Shown here: piece by piece, positions 9,096 through 18,748 of the stretch | Position numbering within the stretch: position 1 is the stretch's first letter | How the letters are laid out: each line of letters starts with the position of its first letter | Assembly: GCA_963695095.1 (NCBI GenBank) | Contig: CAVOFT010000001.1 | Coordinates: 384,001 to 448,000, forward strand | Length of the DNA stretch: 64,000 nt | Source: an uncultured bacterium | Lineage (GTDB): Bacteria > Krumholzibacteriota > Krumholzibacteriia > JACNKJ01 | Direction of reading: 5' to 3' | Program-made: the position numbers and the translations under genes | Notes under the pieces: model-generated | What the model saw: the letters and a program-made list of their open reading frames with translations, nothing else | What the model was told of the DNA's origin: nothing | Databases searched by the model: none

Positions 9096-9856
9096 ACGCG
9101 AAGCTGACCGAGGCGCCGCGCTTCGACTTCAACGGCGGCTTCACCATCTTCCGCCGCGAGCTGGCGTCCTACTTCAACAGCCCGATCGCCTACATCTTCA
9201 TCATCGTCTTCCTGGTGCTGACGGCGGGGCTCTACATGACGCCCTTCTTCCTGCAGGGCCAGGCCGACATGCGCGGCTTCTTCGGCAACCTGCCGCTCTT
9301 CCTCATCTTCTTCATGCCGGCGATCAGCATGCGCCTCTGGGCGGAGGACAGGCGCTCGGGCACCTTCGAGCTGCTGATGACCCTGCCCCTGCGCGCCGCC
9401 GACGTCATGCTCGGCAAGTACTTCGCGGCCCTGGCCTTCTACCTGATCGCCCTGGCCGGCACGCTGCCGATTCCCATCATGCTCGGCATCCTGGGCAACC
9501 CGGACGGCGGCGCCGTCATGGGCGGCTACCTGGCTGCGCTGCTGCTCGGCGCGCTCTACCTGGCCGTGGGCATCTTCGTCAGCGGGTTGGTGCGCGATCA
9601 GATCACGGCCTTCATCCTGGGCATGATCGCCTGCTTCTTCCTCTACCTGGTGGGGCTGGATCCCGTGGCCGCCACCGTGGACGGCTGGGTGAACGGCCTC
9701 GGCTCCTTCTTCCAGGGGGCCTTCGGGCTCATCGGCCACTACGAGTCCATGCAGCGCGGGGTGGTGCTGCTGGCCGATCTCGCCTACTTCGTCACGCTTT
9801 CGGCGGTCTTCCTGCTGCTGAACGTCTACTGGCTGGAAGGGAGGAAGCACGGATGA
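9092..9856 (+). CDS. ABC-2 permease (GldF-like)
   Basis: RRELASYFNSPIAY, MRLWAEDRRSGTFELLMTLP, GKYFA; ATG 9092 overlaps the upstream stop. Confidence 0.9.
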   Translation: MNAKLTEAPRFDFNGGFTIFRRELASYFNSPIAYIFIIVFLVLTAGLYMTPFFLQGQADMRGFFGNLPLFLIFFMPAISMRLWAEDRRSGTFELLMTLPLRAADVMLGKYFAALAFYLIALAGTLPIPIMLGILGNPDGGAVMGGYLAALLLGALYLAVGIFVSGLVRDQITAFILGMIACFFLYLVGLDPVAATVDGWVNGLGSFFQGAFGLIGHYESMQRGVVLLADLAYFVTLSAVFLLLNVYWLEGRKHG

Positions 9857-11574
9857 AGCGCCTGAACTTCCGTCTGGGCTTCGGGGTGGTCGCCTTGCTC
9901 CTGCTCGGGGTGGCGCTGGCCCTCAACAGCCTGCTCGGCGACCTGCGCGGCTCGCGCCTGGATCTCACCGAGGACAAGCTCTTCACGCTCTCCACGGCGG
10001 GCCAGAAGGTGCTGGGCGGCCTCGCCGTGCCGGTGCAGGTGAAGTACTACGTCACCCGCGTGGACAAGATGCCCACCGGGCTCAAGACCCTCGAGCGCGA
10101 CGTCGCCGACAAGCTGCGCGACTACGCCGACGCCTCCGACGGCATGCTGCAGTTCAGCGTGCACGACCCCAGCGACGACGAGGAGCTGCAGGAGCTGCTG
10201 CGCGGCAAGGGCGTGCGGCCCTTCCAGGTGCAGTCCGTGGACAAGGACGAGATCGGGGTGAAGCTCATCTACTCGGCGATGACCCTGGCCTACAAGGACA
10301 AGGCCGAGGAGGTGCTGCCGCAGGTGCTGCCGCAGAGCCTGCCCACCCTGGAGTACGAGCTGCTCAGCCGCGTCTACCGGCTCACGCAGGAGCGGCGGCC
10401 GGTGGTGGCGCTCTTCGCGCCCAAGCCCCAGCTCGACCCGCAGATGGCGGCCATGTACATGCAAATGGGCATGCAGATGCCGGAGATGCCCGACACCTGG
10501 GAGAGCGTGCAGCAGTTGCTCGGCGAGGAGCACTACGATGTGCGCCGCATCGACCTCACCCGGGATTCGCCCATTCCCGAGGACGCCGACGCCCTGCTTG
10601 TGCTCGGCCCCGAGAACCTGAGCCCCCGCCAGGCCTGGGAGGTGGGCCGCGCCCTGCACCGGGGCGTGGGCACCGTCATCGCCGTGCAGAACCACGTCTA
10701 CGACTACCAGCCCGATCCGCGCGGGGGCTTCCGCATCAGCGCCCAGCAGCGGACCTCGGGGCTGGAGGAGCTGCTGAAGGAGTACGGCCTGGCCGTGCGC
10801 CAGGAGATGCTCTTCGACATGGAGAGCGAGGTGATCTCCATCCCCCGCACGCAGAACGTGATGGGCCTGCGCCTGCAGACCGCCGAGCCCGTGCGCGCGC
10901 CCATGCAGATCGCCGTGCGCGGCGAGCAGATCAGCCGCGAGATCGAGATGACCAATCGCATCGAGTCGCTCTTCTACCTGTGGGGCACGGACCTGGCCAA
11001 GGATCCCGCGAAGCTGGCGGGCCTCAACCTGGGTTGCCGCACGCTCTTCGCCAGCAGCCAGAACTCCTGGCACAAGGCCTTCAGCAACCAGCCGCTGGTG
11101 CAGGCCGACGTGACGGCGAAGGACAAGAAGCTCGAACCCGCCCTGCCGCTGGCCTTCCTCGTCGACGGCCAGTTCCCGCCGCCGGCGGGCGCGCGGCCGG
11201 CCTGGCCCGCCGTGAGCGACAGCGCCGCCGCGGTCGAGCCGCCGGCCCCGCTCGCGCCGGCGCCCGCGCAGCTCGTGCTCACCGGCTGCGGCAAGCTCTT
11301 CGAGGATCCCTTCATCCAGGCCGGGCAGAACGCCATGCTGCTGCTCAATGCCGTCGACGCCCTTGCCCTCGAGGGCGACCTCATCGGCATCCGCTCGAAG
11401 CTGATCACCGCGCGCAGCATCAAGCCCCTGGCGGCGGGCCAGAAGCTGGCCTACCGCATCTTCACCGTGGGCCTGGTGCCCCTGCTCTTCGCGCTCTACG
11501 GCATCCTGCGCCTGGTCATGCGCCGCAAGGACGCGACGGCCTACCAGGCCAGCCTGGCCGCCAAGGCCCGCTAG
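9853..11574 (+). CDS. GldG-family ABC auxiliary protein
   Basis: RLDLTEDKLFTLS, LEYEL, IPEDADALLVLGP, LIGIRSK; TM at both ends; operon context. Confidence 0.85.
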   Translation: MKRLNFRLGFGVVALLLLGVALALNSLLGDLRGSRLDLTEDKLFTLSTAGQKVLGGLAVPVQVKYYVTRVDKMPTGLKTLERDVADKLRDYADASDGMLQFSVHDPSDDEELQELLRGKGVRPFQVQSVDKDEIGVKLIYSAMTLAYKDKAEEVLPQVLPQSLPTLEYELLSRVYRLTQERRPVVALFAPKPQLDPQMAAMYMQMGMQMPEMPDTWESVQQLLGEEHYDVRRIDLTRDSPIPEDADALLVLGPENLSPRQAWEVGRALHRGVGTVIAVQNHVYDYQPDPRGGFRISAQQRTSGLEELLKEYGLAVRQEMLFDMESEVISIPRTQNVMGLRLQTAEPVRAPMQIAVRGEQISREIEMTNRIESLFYLWGTDLAKDPAKLAGLNLGCRTLFASSQNSWHKAFSNQPLVQADVTAKDKKLEPALPLAFLVDGQFPPPAGARPAWPAVSDSAAAVEPPAPLAPAPAQLVLTGCGKLFEDPFIQAGQNAMLLLNAVDALALEGDLIGIRSKLITARSIKPLAAGQKLAYRIFTVGLVPLLFALYGILRLVMRRKDATAYQASLAAKAR

Positions 11575-11583
11575 GAGGCATCG

Positions 11584-12573
11584 ATGAAGACGCGCTCGCT
11601 GTTCATTCTCGCCGCGGTGCTGCTCGTGCTGGTCGGACTCAAGTTCGTGCAGCGCAGCAGCCACGAGTCCAAGCTGTCCGAGAGCAGCTTCACGGAGCTC
11701 TTTCCCATGGTCGCCACCGGCGAGATCGGCCGGCTCGTCATCGACGGCCCGGGCGCGGGCAGCATCGAGCTCGTGCGCAGCGGCACGGCCTGGCGCGTGG
11801 AGACGAGCCACGGCCACCCGGCCGCCGACGACAAGCTGGAGCGCCTGCTCGGCGAGCTCGTCGGGCTCAAGGGCGAGTTCCGCTCCGATCGCGAATCGGT
11901 GCTGGCCGACTATGCCCTCGACGACAAGCGCGCCGTGCACCTGACCGCCTTCGACCTCAGCGGCAAGGAGCTGGGGCACCTGCTGCTCGGCGAGCGCCTG
12001 AGCGGCGCCGCCGGCTTCTTCGCGATGAAGGCGGGCGAGAAGAGGGCCTACGCGGCCAGCGGCAACCTGCTCGGCGACCTCGGCATCTGGGGGGACAGTC
12101 GCGATCCTGCCGCCAAGAGCTTCCTCGATCTGAAGGCCTTCAGCGTGGACCGCCAGCAGGTGGATGCCATCGTGCTCGCCAGCGGCAGCAAGACCCTCGA
12201 GCTGAGCAAGGCCTTCGCGGCGCCGGCAGCCGACACGCTGGCCGTGGACCGCGGCACGTACCGCTGGCTGGCCGGCGGCAAGGAGCTCGACCGGGCCAAG
12301 ACGGACGGCGTGCTCGGCGCCCTGGCCAGCGTCCAGGCCCAGAACGTGCTCGACCCGGCGGCGGACTACGGCTTCGCCGCTACCGGGCGCGCGGTGGAGC
12401 TGCGCCTCGCCGACGGCAGCAGGCAGCGCCTCGAATTCGGCGAGGCCCTGAGCGCGCCCGAGGCCGGCATCGCCCTGCGCGTCAGCGGGGACGATGCCGT
12501 CTACCTCGTCTACGACAAGCTGCCCGAGCGCATCTTCAAGACGCGGGATGAGCTGCTGCCGGACAGAAAGTAG
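11584..12573 (+). CDS. DUF4340-like protein (usual partner of GldAFG-like operons)
   Basis: N-terminal anchor; two repeated modules (W...AD..K...LL..L...Y.L/F); position after GldG-like gene. Confidence 0.75.
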   Translation: MKTRSLFILAAVLLVLVGLKFVQRSSHESKLSESSFTELFPMVATGEIGRLVIDGPGAGSIELVRSGTAWRVETSHGHPAADDKLERLLGELVGLKGEFRSDRESVLADYALDDKRAVHLTAFDLSGKELGHLLLGERLSGAAGFFAMKAGEKRAYAASGNLLGDLGIWGDSRDPAAKSFLDLKAFSVDRQQVDAIVLASGSKTLELSKAFAAPAADTLAVDRGTYRWLAGGKELDRAKTDGVLGALASVQAQNVLDPAADYGFAATGRAVELRLADGSRQRLEFGEALSAPEAGIALRVSGDDAVYLVYDKLPERIFKTRDELLPDRK

Positions 12574-12593
12574 CGATCCGCTCCCGAGGACCC

Positions 12594-13334
12594 TCAGCCC
12601 CGCAGGAGCTGCACGGCGGCGATCAAGGCCGCGGCGACGATGAGCCCGCGCACCCAGGCGGCGCCCTTCAGCATGACCAGGCGCGCGCCGACGATGCCGC
12701 CGGCCATCGTGCCCACGGCCAGCAGCAGGCCGACCATCCAGCGCACCTGCCCGAAGCCGGCGAAGAGCAGCAGCGCTGCCGCCGTGAAGCTGAGCGCCAG
12801 CGAGAACTTGAGCGCGTTGCCGCTCACCACGTCGAAGCCCGCGGCGAGAACGAAGGTGCTGATCATCAGCACGCCCGCGCCGGCCTGCAGAAAGCCCCCG
12901 TAGACCCCGATCAGGAAGAAGAGCGGCAGCAGGGCCGCCCGCACCCGCGGCTCGCCGGCCGGGCGCTCCCAGCGCTTGGGCTTGATCACCACCGACAGGG
13001 CCATCACCAGCATGAGCACGGCCGCCACGGGACGAAACAGCGCCTCCGGCGCGCGCGCCGCAAGCCAGGCGCCGAGCAGCGAGCCCGGCACCGCGACCAT
13101 GGCCACGCGCGGCAGATGCCGCCAGGGCCGCACGCCCGCCCGGTGGTAGGTGCTCACGCCGGCCACGCATTGCAGGGTGATGGCCACGCGGTTGGTGGCG
13201 TTGGCGATCTGGGGCGGCAGGCCGAGGGCCAGGAGCAGGGGCAGGGTGACGAAGGAGCCGCCGCCGGAGGCGGCGTTGATGATCCCGCAGAGAAACCCGC
13301 CCGCCAGGAGCGCGGGCCAGAGCAGGACATCCAC
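12594..13334 (-). CDS. TauE/SafE-family (sulfite exporter) membrane protein
   Basis: GIINAASGGGSFVTLPLL...ANATNR; GVYGGFLQAGAG; GTG start at 13334 behind AGGAG. Confidence 0.88.
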   Translation of the reverse strand: MDVLLWPALLAGGFLCGIINAASGGGSFVTLPLLLALGLPPQIANATNRVAITLQCVAGVSTYHRAGVRPWRHLPRVAMVAVPGSLLGAWLAARAPEALFRPVAAVLMLVMALSVVIKPKRWERPAGEPRVRAALLPLFFLIGVYGGFLQAGAGVLMISTFVLAAGFDVVSGNALKFSLALSFTAAALLLFAGFGQVRWMVGLLLAVGTMAGGIVGARLVMLKGAAWVRGLIVAAALIAAVQLLRG

Positions 13335-13489
13335 CTCGGCCTCCTCGTGATGAGGCCGCAAGGAAGCCCAGGCGGGCAGGCCTGTCAAGCGGATCTGCTT
13401 TCCCGGCCCGCAGCTCAGCGCAGCCTCCGGGGTTTTCTTCTGGGCGCGGATGCGCTATGGATGGGATTCCCGCCAGCGAGAGGAATCCC

Positions 13490-14176
13490 GTGGAAATCCG
13501 CCATGCCACCCTCGCGGACTGCGCCGAGGCCACCGGGGCCCTGGTGGCCATCGACGTCCTGCGCGCCTTCACCACCGCGGCCTACGCCTTCGCCGCCGGC
13601 GCCGAGCGCATCGTGCTGGTCGGCGAGATCGACGAGGCCTTCCGCCAGCGCGCCGCCCTGCCCGATGCCCTGATCATGGGCGAGAAGAACGGCCTGCGCG
13701 TGCCCGGCTTCGACTTCGGCAACTCGCCCTCGGAGTTGCGCAGCCTGGACCTGTCGGGACACACGCTCATCCAGCGCACGAGCGCGGGCACCCAGGGCCT
13801 GGTGCGCGCGCGCAAGGCGGGGCCGCTGCTGGCCGCGGGCCTCTGCAACGCGCGCGCCACGGTCGAGTACCTGACGACCCACGTGCGGGGCGCGGTCACG
13901 CTCGTGGCCACGGGCGTGCTGCCCGGCGAGGATGGCGACGAGGACATCGCCTGCGCCGAGCTGCTCGCCGCCACCCTGCGCGGGCGCACGATCGAGCTGC
14001 CGCCCCTGCTGGAGCGGGTGCGCGTCTCGACCTGGGGCCTGAACTTCACCGATCCCGCCCACCCCGAATTCCCGCTCGCGGATCTCGAGCTGGCCCTGCA
14101 GGTGGACCGCTTCACCTTCGCCATGCCCGTGCACCGCGAGGGCGATCAGCTCGTCATGCGCGCCGAGCGCATCTAG
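13490..14176 (+). CDS. comB: 2-phosphosulfolactate phosphatase family protein
   Basis: VAIDVLRAFTT, GEKNG...FDFGNSP, TSAGT, EDIACA; GTG start at 13490 (alternative ATG 13457). Confidence 0.85.
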   Translation: MEIRHATLADCAEATGALVAIDVLRAFTTAAYAFAAGAERIVLVGEIDEAFRQRAALPDALIMGEKNGLRVPGFDFGNSPSELRSLDLSGHTLIQRTSAGTQGLVRARKAGPLLAAGLCNARATVEYLTTHVRGAVTLVATGVLPGEDGDEDIACAELLAATLRGRTIELPPLLERVRVSTWGLNFTDPAHPEFPLADLELALQVDRFTFAMPVHREGDQLVMRAERI

Positions 14177-14188
14177 GCCGGCGGCGCT

Positions 14189-17100
14189 TCAGGGCTCCGG
14201 CGCGTCCCAGATGCGCAGGGTGCCGTCGCGCGAGGTCGAGATGAGATAGGCGTCGCGGGGGCTGAAGACCAGCGAGGTCACGCGCGCCACATGGCCGCGC
14301 AGGCCCACGACCTCGCGCAGCGTCTCCGCATCGAGCAGACGGACCACGCCGTCCAGCCCGCCGACGGCCAGGCGGCGGCCGTCGCGGCTCCAGGCCACCG
14401 CGCCTGCTCGCGCACGGCCGGCCTGCCAGCTTGCGATCGGGCTGCCGGCCGCCGCATCCCAGATGAGGAGTCCGCCGTCCGCGTCGGTGGAGGCCAGCCG
14501 GCGGCCATCCGGAGCGAAGCAGAGGTCCTGCACGGTGCCGCGATGCCCGACGAGCGCGCGGGCGACGCCTCGCTGCCAGTCCCAGAGCCGGAGGCTGCTG
14601 TCCGCGCCGCAGGAGGCGAGCGTGGCGCCGTCCGGCGAGAATTCCAGGTCGAAGATTGCGCCGCGGTGGCCGCTGAGCAGGCGCGCGGGACCGGCCGACG
14701 CAGCCGGCGCGGCGAGATCCCAGAGGCGGATCAGCGAGTCGGCGGCGCCGGTGGCCAGCCAGCGGCCGGCCGGATGCGGAGCCAGGGCGGTGATGGGGCC
14801 CGCCTGCCCGGCCAGGGCGTCGAGGGCAGCCCACCCCTCGGTGCCCACGCTGTAGACCTGGCCGCCGACGCTGCCCACCAGGAGCCGGCGGCCATCGGCG
14901 GCGAAGGCCACGCGCTCGCTCTGCCCGATCGGGAGTTCGCAGGGAGGCCGCTTCGCCCTCCGGCGGCAGCGGCGCGACCAGGATTCCGGACTGGTTGAAG
15001 GCGCAGGCCAGCCAGCGGCCCGCCGGGTCGACGGCGGCGTGGTGCACCTGGGGCACCATCGTGGAGATGCCCGGGGCGCGAAGCACCTGCACATCGGCGG
15101 CGGCGGCGCTCCAGAGCTTGAGCGTGCCGCTCCAGTCGGCGCTGGCCAGTCGCCGGCCGTCGGGACTTGCCGCCAGGGCCGAGACGTCGGCGGCGTGCCC
15201 GCGCAGCTCGGCGCGCACTTGCCCGCCCCGTGCCGCCCAGACCAGGAAGCGTCCGTCCGGCCCGCAGGAGAGGACGCGCTCGCCGTCCGGCGTGAAGGCG
15301 AGGTTGGCCACGGTCCCCCGGTGCTCCTGGAAGCTCGTCAGGAGCGCGCCGCCGTCGATGTCGTGGACGGCGGCGCTGCCGTCCATGGAGCCGGAGGCGA
15401 GCAGGCGGCCGTCGCCGCTGATCGCCAGGGAGTAGACCCGCCGCGTGTGGGGCCGGAGGGACCGCAGCAGGCGCCCCGTGCGCGGATCCCAGAGCTTGAG
15501 CTCGCCGTCGCCGCCGCCCGTGGCGAGCAGATCGCCCCGCGGCGACCAGGCGACGATGCCGAAGGCGTCGTGGGCTTGCCACCGTGCGATCAGGGCGCGG
15601 CTGGCGGCGTCCCAGATGCGCAGGGCGCCGTCGCGATGCGCTGCGGCGACGAAGCGACCGTCGGGGCTCAGGGCGACCATCGCCCAGGAGCCGCCCTCGT
15701 GCAGCAGGACGGGCGCCGCCTCCCCCCCGCGATCGAGCAGGAGCACGCGGCCGTCGCCGAGGCCGGCCACCAGGCGGCCGCCGTCCGGCGCCGCCGCGGC
15801 GCTCTCCACGCTCGCGCCCAGGGGCCCCCAGCGGCGCCGCAGGGTGCCGGTCGTCGCGCCTCCCACTCCTTGATCGAGCCGTCGATGGCGGCCGTGAAGA
15901 GCGCGGCGCCCTCCGGCGCGAAGAACACCCGCGTGACGCCCTGCTCGTGGGCCGCCACGCTCTGCAGGCTGCGGTCGCAGCGGGCCTGCAGATGCCGCCA
16001 CTCCCAGCCGCGCAAGGCTGCCGGCGCCACCGCGAGACGGGCCTGGGCCTCGCTGACCTCGTTCTCCCGGATCGCCGCTTCCGCCGCGGCGAGCGAACCC
16101 GTGTAGGCGAGCCATTCGGCCTCGCGCGTCTGCTGGGCGGCGCGGCGATTGGCGCCCAGGCTCACGACGAGCGCAGCCATGAGCACGAGCAGGGTGCCGG
16201 CCGCGGCGATCGAGAGCGTCCGGTGGCGGCGCAGGAACTTGCCGGCGCGATAGCCGAGGCGATCGGGGGCGGCGAGCACGGGCAGGCCGTCGAGGTGGCG
16301 GCGGATGTCGGCGGCCAGCGCGTCGACGGAGGCATAGCGCCGCTCGGGCTCCTTGCGCAGGGCCTTGAGCACGATGGTATCCAGGTCGCCGTCCAGCGCG
16401 TGGGCCAGGCGCGCGGGCGTGAGCCCGCGACCGGCGGCCGGCGCGAGCGCGCCGCGCGCAGCCGCGCGGCTGGGCCGCGTGGGCTCCGTCTCGCAGATGA
16501 CCCGGGCCGCCTCGGGCGTGAGCTGGGCGGGCAGCGCGTAGGGCCGGGCGCCCGCGAGCAGCTCGTAGAGCAGCACGCCGAGGCTGTAGATGTCCGTCGC
16601 CGTGGTCACGCGCCGGCCGAGCACCTGCTCGGGGCTGGCGTAGCGCGGGGTGAGCGCCGGCAGGACAGTGTGCTCGCCCTCGGCAGCGCCCTCGCTCGCC
16701 AGCACCTTGGCGATGCCGAAGTCGAGCAGCTTCACCTGCCCCGCGCGGTCGACGAGGATGTTGCTCGGCTTGAGGTCGCGGTGGATGACCAGGTTGCGAT
16801 GCGCGTACTGCACGGCCGTGCAGACCGAGAGGAAGAGCTGCAGCCGGGCGGCCACGCCCAGGCGCGCCTCGTCGGCGTGGCGGTCGATGGGCAGGCCGTC
16901 GATGTACTCCATCACCAGGTAGGGCCGGCCGTCGGCGGCGCTGCCGCCGTCCAGCAGCCGCGCGATGTGCGGGTGCTCGAGGTCGGCCAGCACCTGCCGC
17001 TCGCGGCGGAAGCGCTCGCCGATTTCCGCGCCGTCCAGCCAGGGCCGGATGAGCTTGACCGCCACCTGCTTGCGGAACTCGGCGTCTCCGCGCTCGCCGC

Positions 17101-17416
17101 GGTAGACGGAGCCCATGCCGCCGGCGGCGATCAGCTCGACGAGGCGGTAGGCGCCGACGCTTTGCCCCAGCATCGGGTCGCCGGGCGGAGCCGCCGCGCC
17201 CGCGGGCGGGGCGGCCAGGTGGGGGGCCTCCTCGAAGAGCCGCCGCGCGGCGGGCAGGGCGGCGAGCAGGGAGTCCAGCTCGGCGCGCAGGGCGGCCTCT
17301 CCCGCGCAGGCGCGATCGAGGAAGGCCGCGCGCTCGGCCGCGGGCAAGGCCAGGGCCTCGGCGAAGAGCGCCTCGCTGCGCTCGGGAGCCGGCGGCCCGG
17401 CGGGTGTTTCGGCCAC
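14189..17416 (-). CDS. Ser/Thr protein kinase with TM segment and many WD40 repeats; two apparent frameshifts (~15858, ~14945)
   Basis: IAAGGMGSVY, VAVKLI, HPHIARLLDGG, IHRDLKPSNILV, DFGIAK, TPRYASPEQ, DIYSLG; GH...WD repeats continue across ORFs 15668-18007, 14154-16115 and 14189-15094; GTG start 2 nt after the ECF stop. Confidence 0.85.
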
Positions 17417-17418
17417 GG

Positions 17419-17991
17419 CTAGGCCTCCGCGTCCCGCATCTCGCGATAGAGCCAGGCCTGGGCGTAATCCCAGTGCCGGCAGACGGTGCGCCGGGAGATG
17501 CCGATCAGCTCCGCGCACTCCTCCTGGGTGAGCCCGCCGAAGAAGCGCATCTCGACCACGCGCGCCGCCTCGGGGGCCAGACCCTCCAGGCGCGAGAGCG
17601 CCTCGTCGAGGGCCAGGATCACCGGATCCGCGGCTTCGCTGCCCAGCAGCAGGACCTCGTCCAGGGGCAGGTGCAGCTTGTTGCCGCCGCGCTTCTGGCG
17701 GCTGCGGCCGCGGGCGTGGTCGACGAGGATGCGCCGCATCGCCTGGCCGGCCACGGCGAGGAAGTGGCTCCGGTTCTGCCAGACCACGCGGTTCTGGTCG
17801 ATGAGGCGAAGGTAGGCTTCGTGCACGAGCGCGGTGGGCTGCAGGGTGTGGTCGGCCCGCTCGCCGGCGAGCTGCGCGCGGGCCATGCCGCGCAGCTCGG
17901 CATAGACGCGGCCGAAGAGCGCCTCGAAGGCGCCCGCCTCGCCGGCCGAGACCTGCTGCAGCAGCTCCGTGATGTCGTGCTCGCCCGCCAT
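17419..17991 (-). CDS. ECF sigma factor, kinase-associated type (TIGR02999-like)
   Basis: DITELL, VYAELRGMA, HTLQPTALVHEAYLRL, AMRRILVDHAR..KRGG, VVEMRFFGGLT..E.A...IS.RTV.R.W..A.AWL. Confidence 0.92.
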   Translation of the reverse strand: MAGEHDITELLQQVSAGEAGAFEALFGRVYAELRGMARAQLAGERADHTLQPTALVHEAYLRLIDQNRVVWQNRSHFLAVAGQAMRRILVDHARGRSRQKRGGNKLHLPLDEVLLLGSEAADPVILALDEALSRLEGLAPEAARVVEMRFFGGLTQEECAELIGISRRTVCRHWDYAQAWLYREMRDAEA

Positions 17992-18165
17992 GCCGAGAGT
18001 CTAGCACCGCCCATGTGGGCGCCGCAAACCTTTATCAAAACGGCAATTGCAGATTTCTGGCGCAAATTCACGAGATTCCTCGCGTCTGTTCCCATCGATG
18101 GCTCCGGGCACCCGCCCCCGGGGGCGGGCGGTCCGGCGCTGGCCCGGTACCAGAAGGAGACTCCG

Positions 18166-18720
18166 ATGCGGCTCGCGACAGCACTTCTCTTGCCGGCGGC
18201 CCTGCTCGCCCTGGTGGTCCAGGCCGCCGCCCCGACCGACGCCCGCGCGGCGGCCCAGATCACGCGCAGCGTGATCGGTGCCGGCGGCGGCAGCGTGGCG
18301 GGCAGCCCGCACGCGCTCCGCTACAGCCTCGGCCAGGCCCTGGCCGGGGGCGCCGGCGGCGGGCAGATCCAGATCCTCAGCGGCTTCTGGCTGCCCGGCG
18401 GCGGCAGCACCGGCATTCCCGGCGAGGACCTGCTGCCCGCCGTCTTCCGCTACCGGGGCAATCACCCGAATCCCTTCAATCCGCAGACGACCCTGGCCTT
18501 CGAGCTGCCGGCGCCGGCGGCGCGCGCCACGCTGCGCATCGTCGATGCCCTCGGCCGCCAGGTGGCCGTGCTGCACGAGGGGCCGCTGGCCGCCGGCCGT
18601 CACCAGCTGGTCTGGGACGGCCGCGACGCGCGCGGCAACGCCTGCAGCTCCGGCCTCTACTTTTCGCTGCTTGAAACCCCCACCGACCGCGCCACGGGCA
18701 AGCTCACCCTGCTGCGCTAG
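18166..18720 (+). CDS. Small secreted protein: Gly-rich beta-strand module plus C-terminal FlgD-Ig/T9SS-like sorting domain
   Basis: AAGGAG RBS, ATG 18166; signal peptide; RSVIGAGGGSVAGSPHALRYSLGQALAG...ILSGFW; then NHPNPFNPQTTLAF...DALGRQV...WDGRD...SSGLYF...KLTLLR. Confidence 0.85.
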   Translation: MRLATALLLPAALLALVVQAAAPTDARAAAQITRSVIGAGGGSVAGSPHALRYSLGQALAGGAGGGQIQILSGFWLPGGGSTGIPGEDLLPAVFRYRGNHPNPFNPQTTLAFELPAPAARATLRIVDALGRQVAVLHEGPLAAGRHQLVWDGRDARGNACSSGLYFSLLETPTDRATGKLTLLR

Positions 18721-18748
18721 ACCATCCCCCAGTAAGGAAGACCACGCC

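Noticed and set aside
9826..13575. 1249-aa minus-strand ORF and other long antisense ORFs (e.g. 2289-4508, 45510-47612, 57269-59404)
   Set aside because: Shadow ORFs typical of high-GC DNA; they overlap well-supported genes and lack recognisable motifs.
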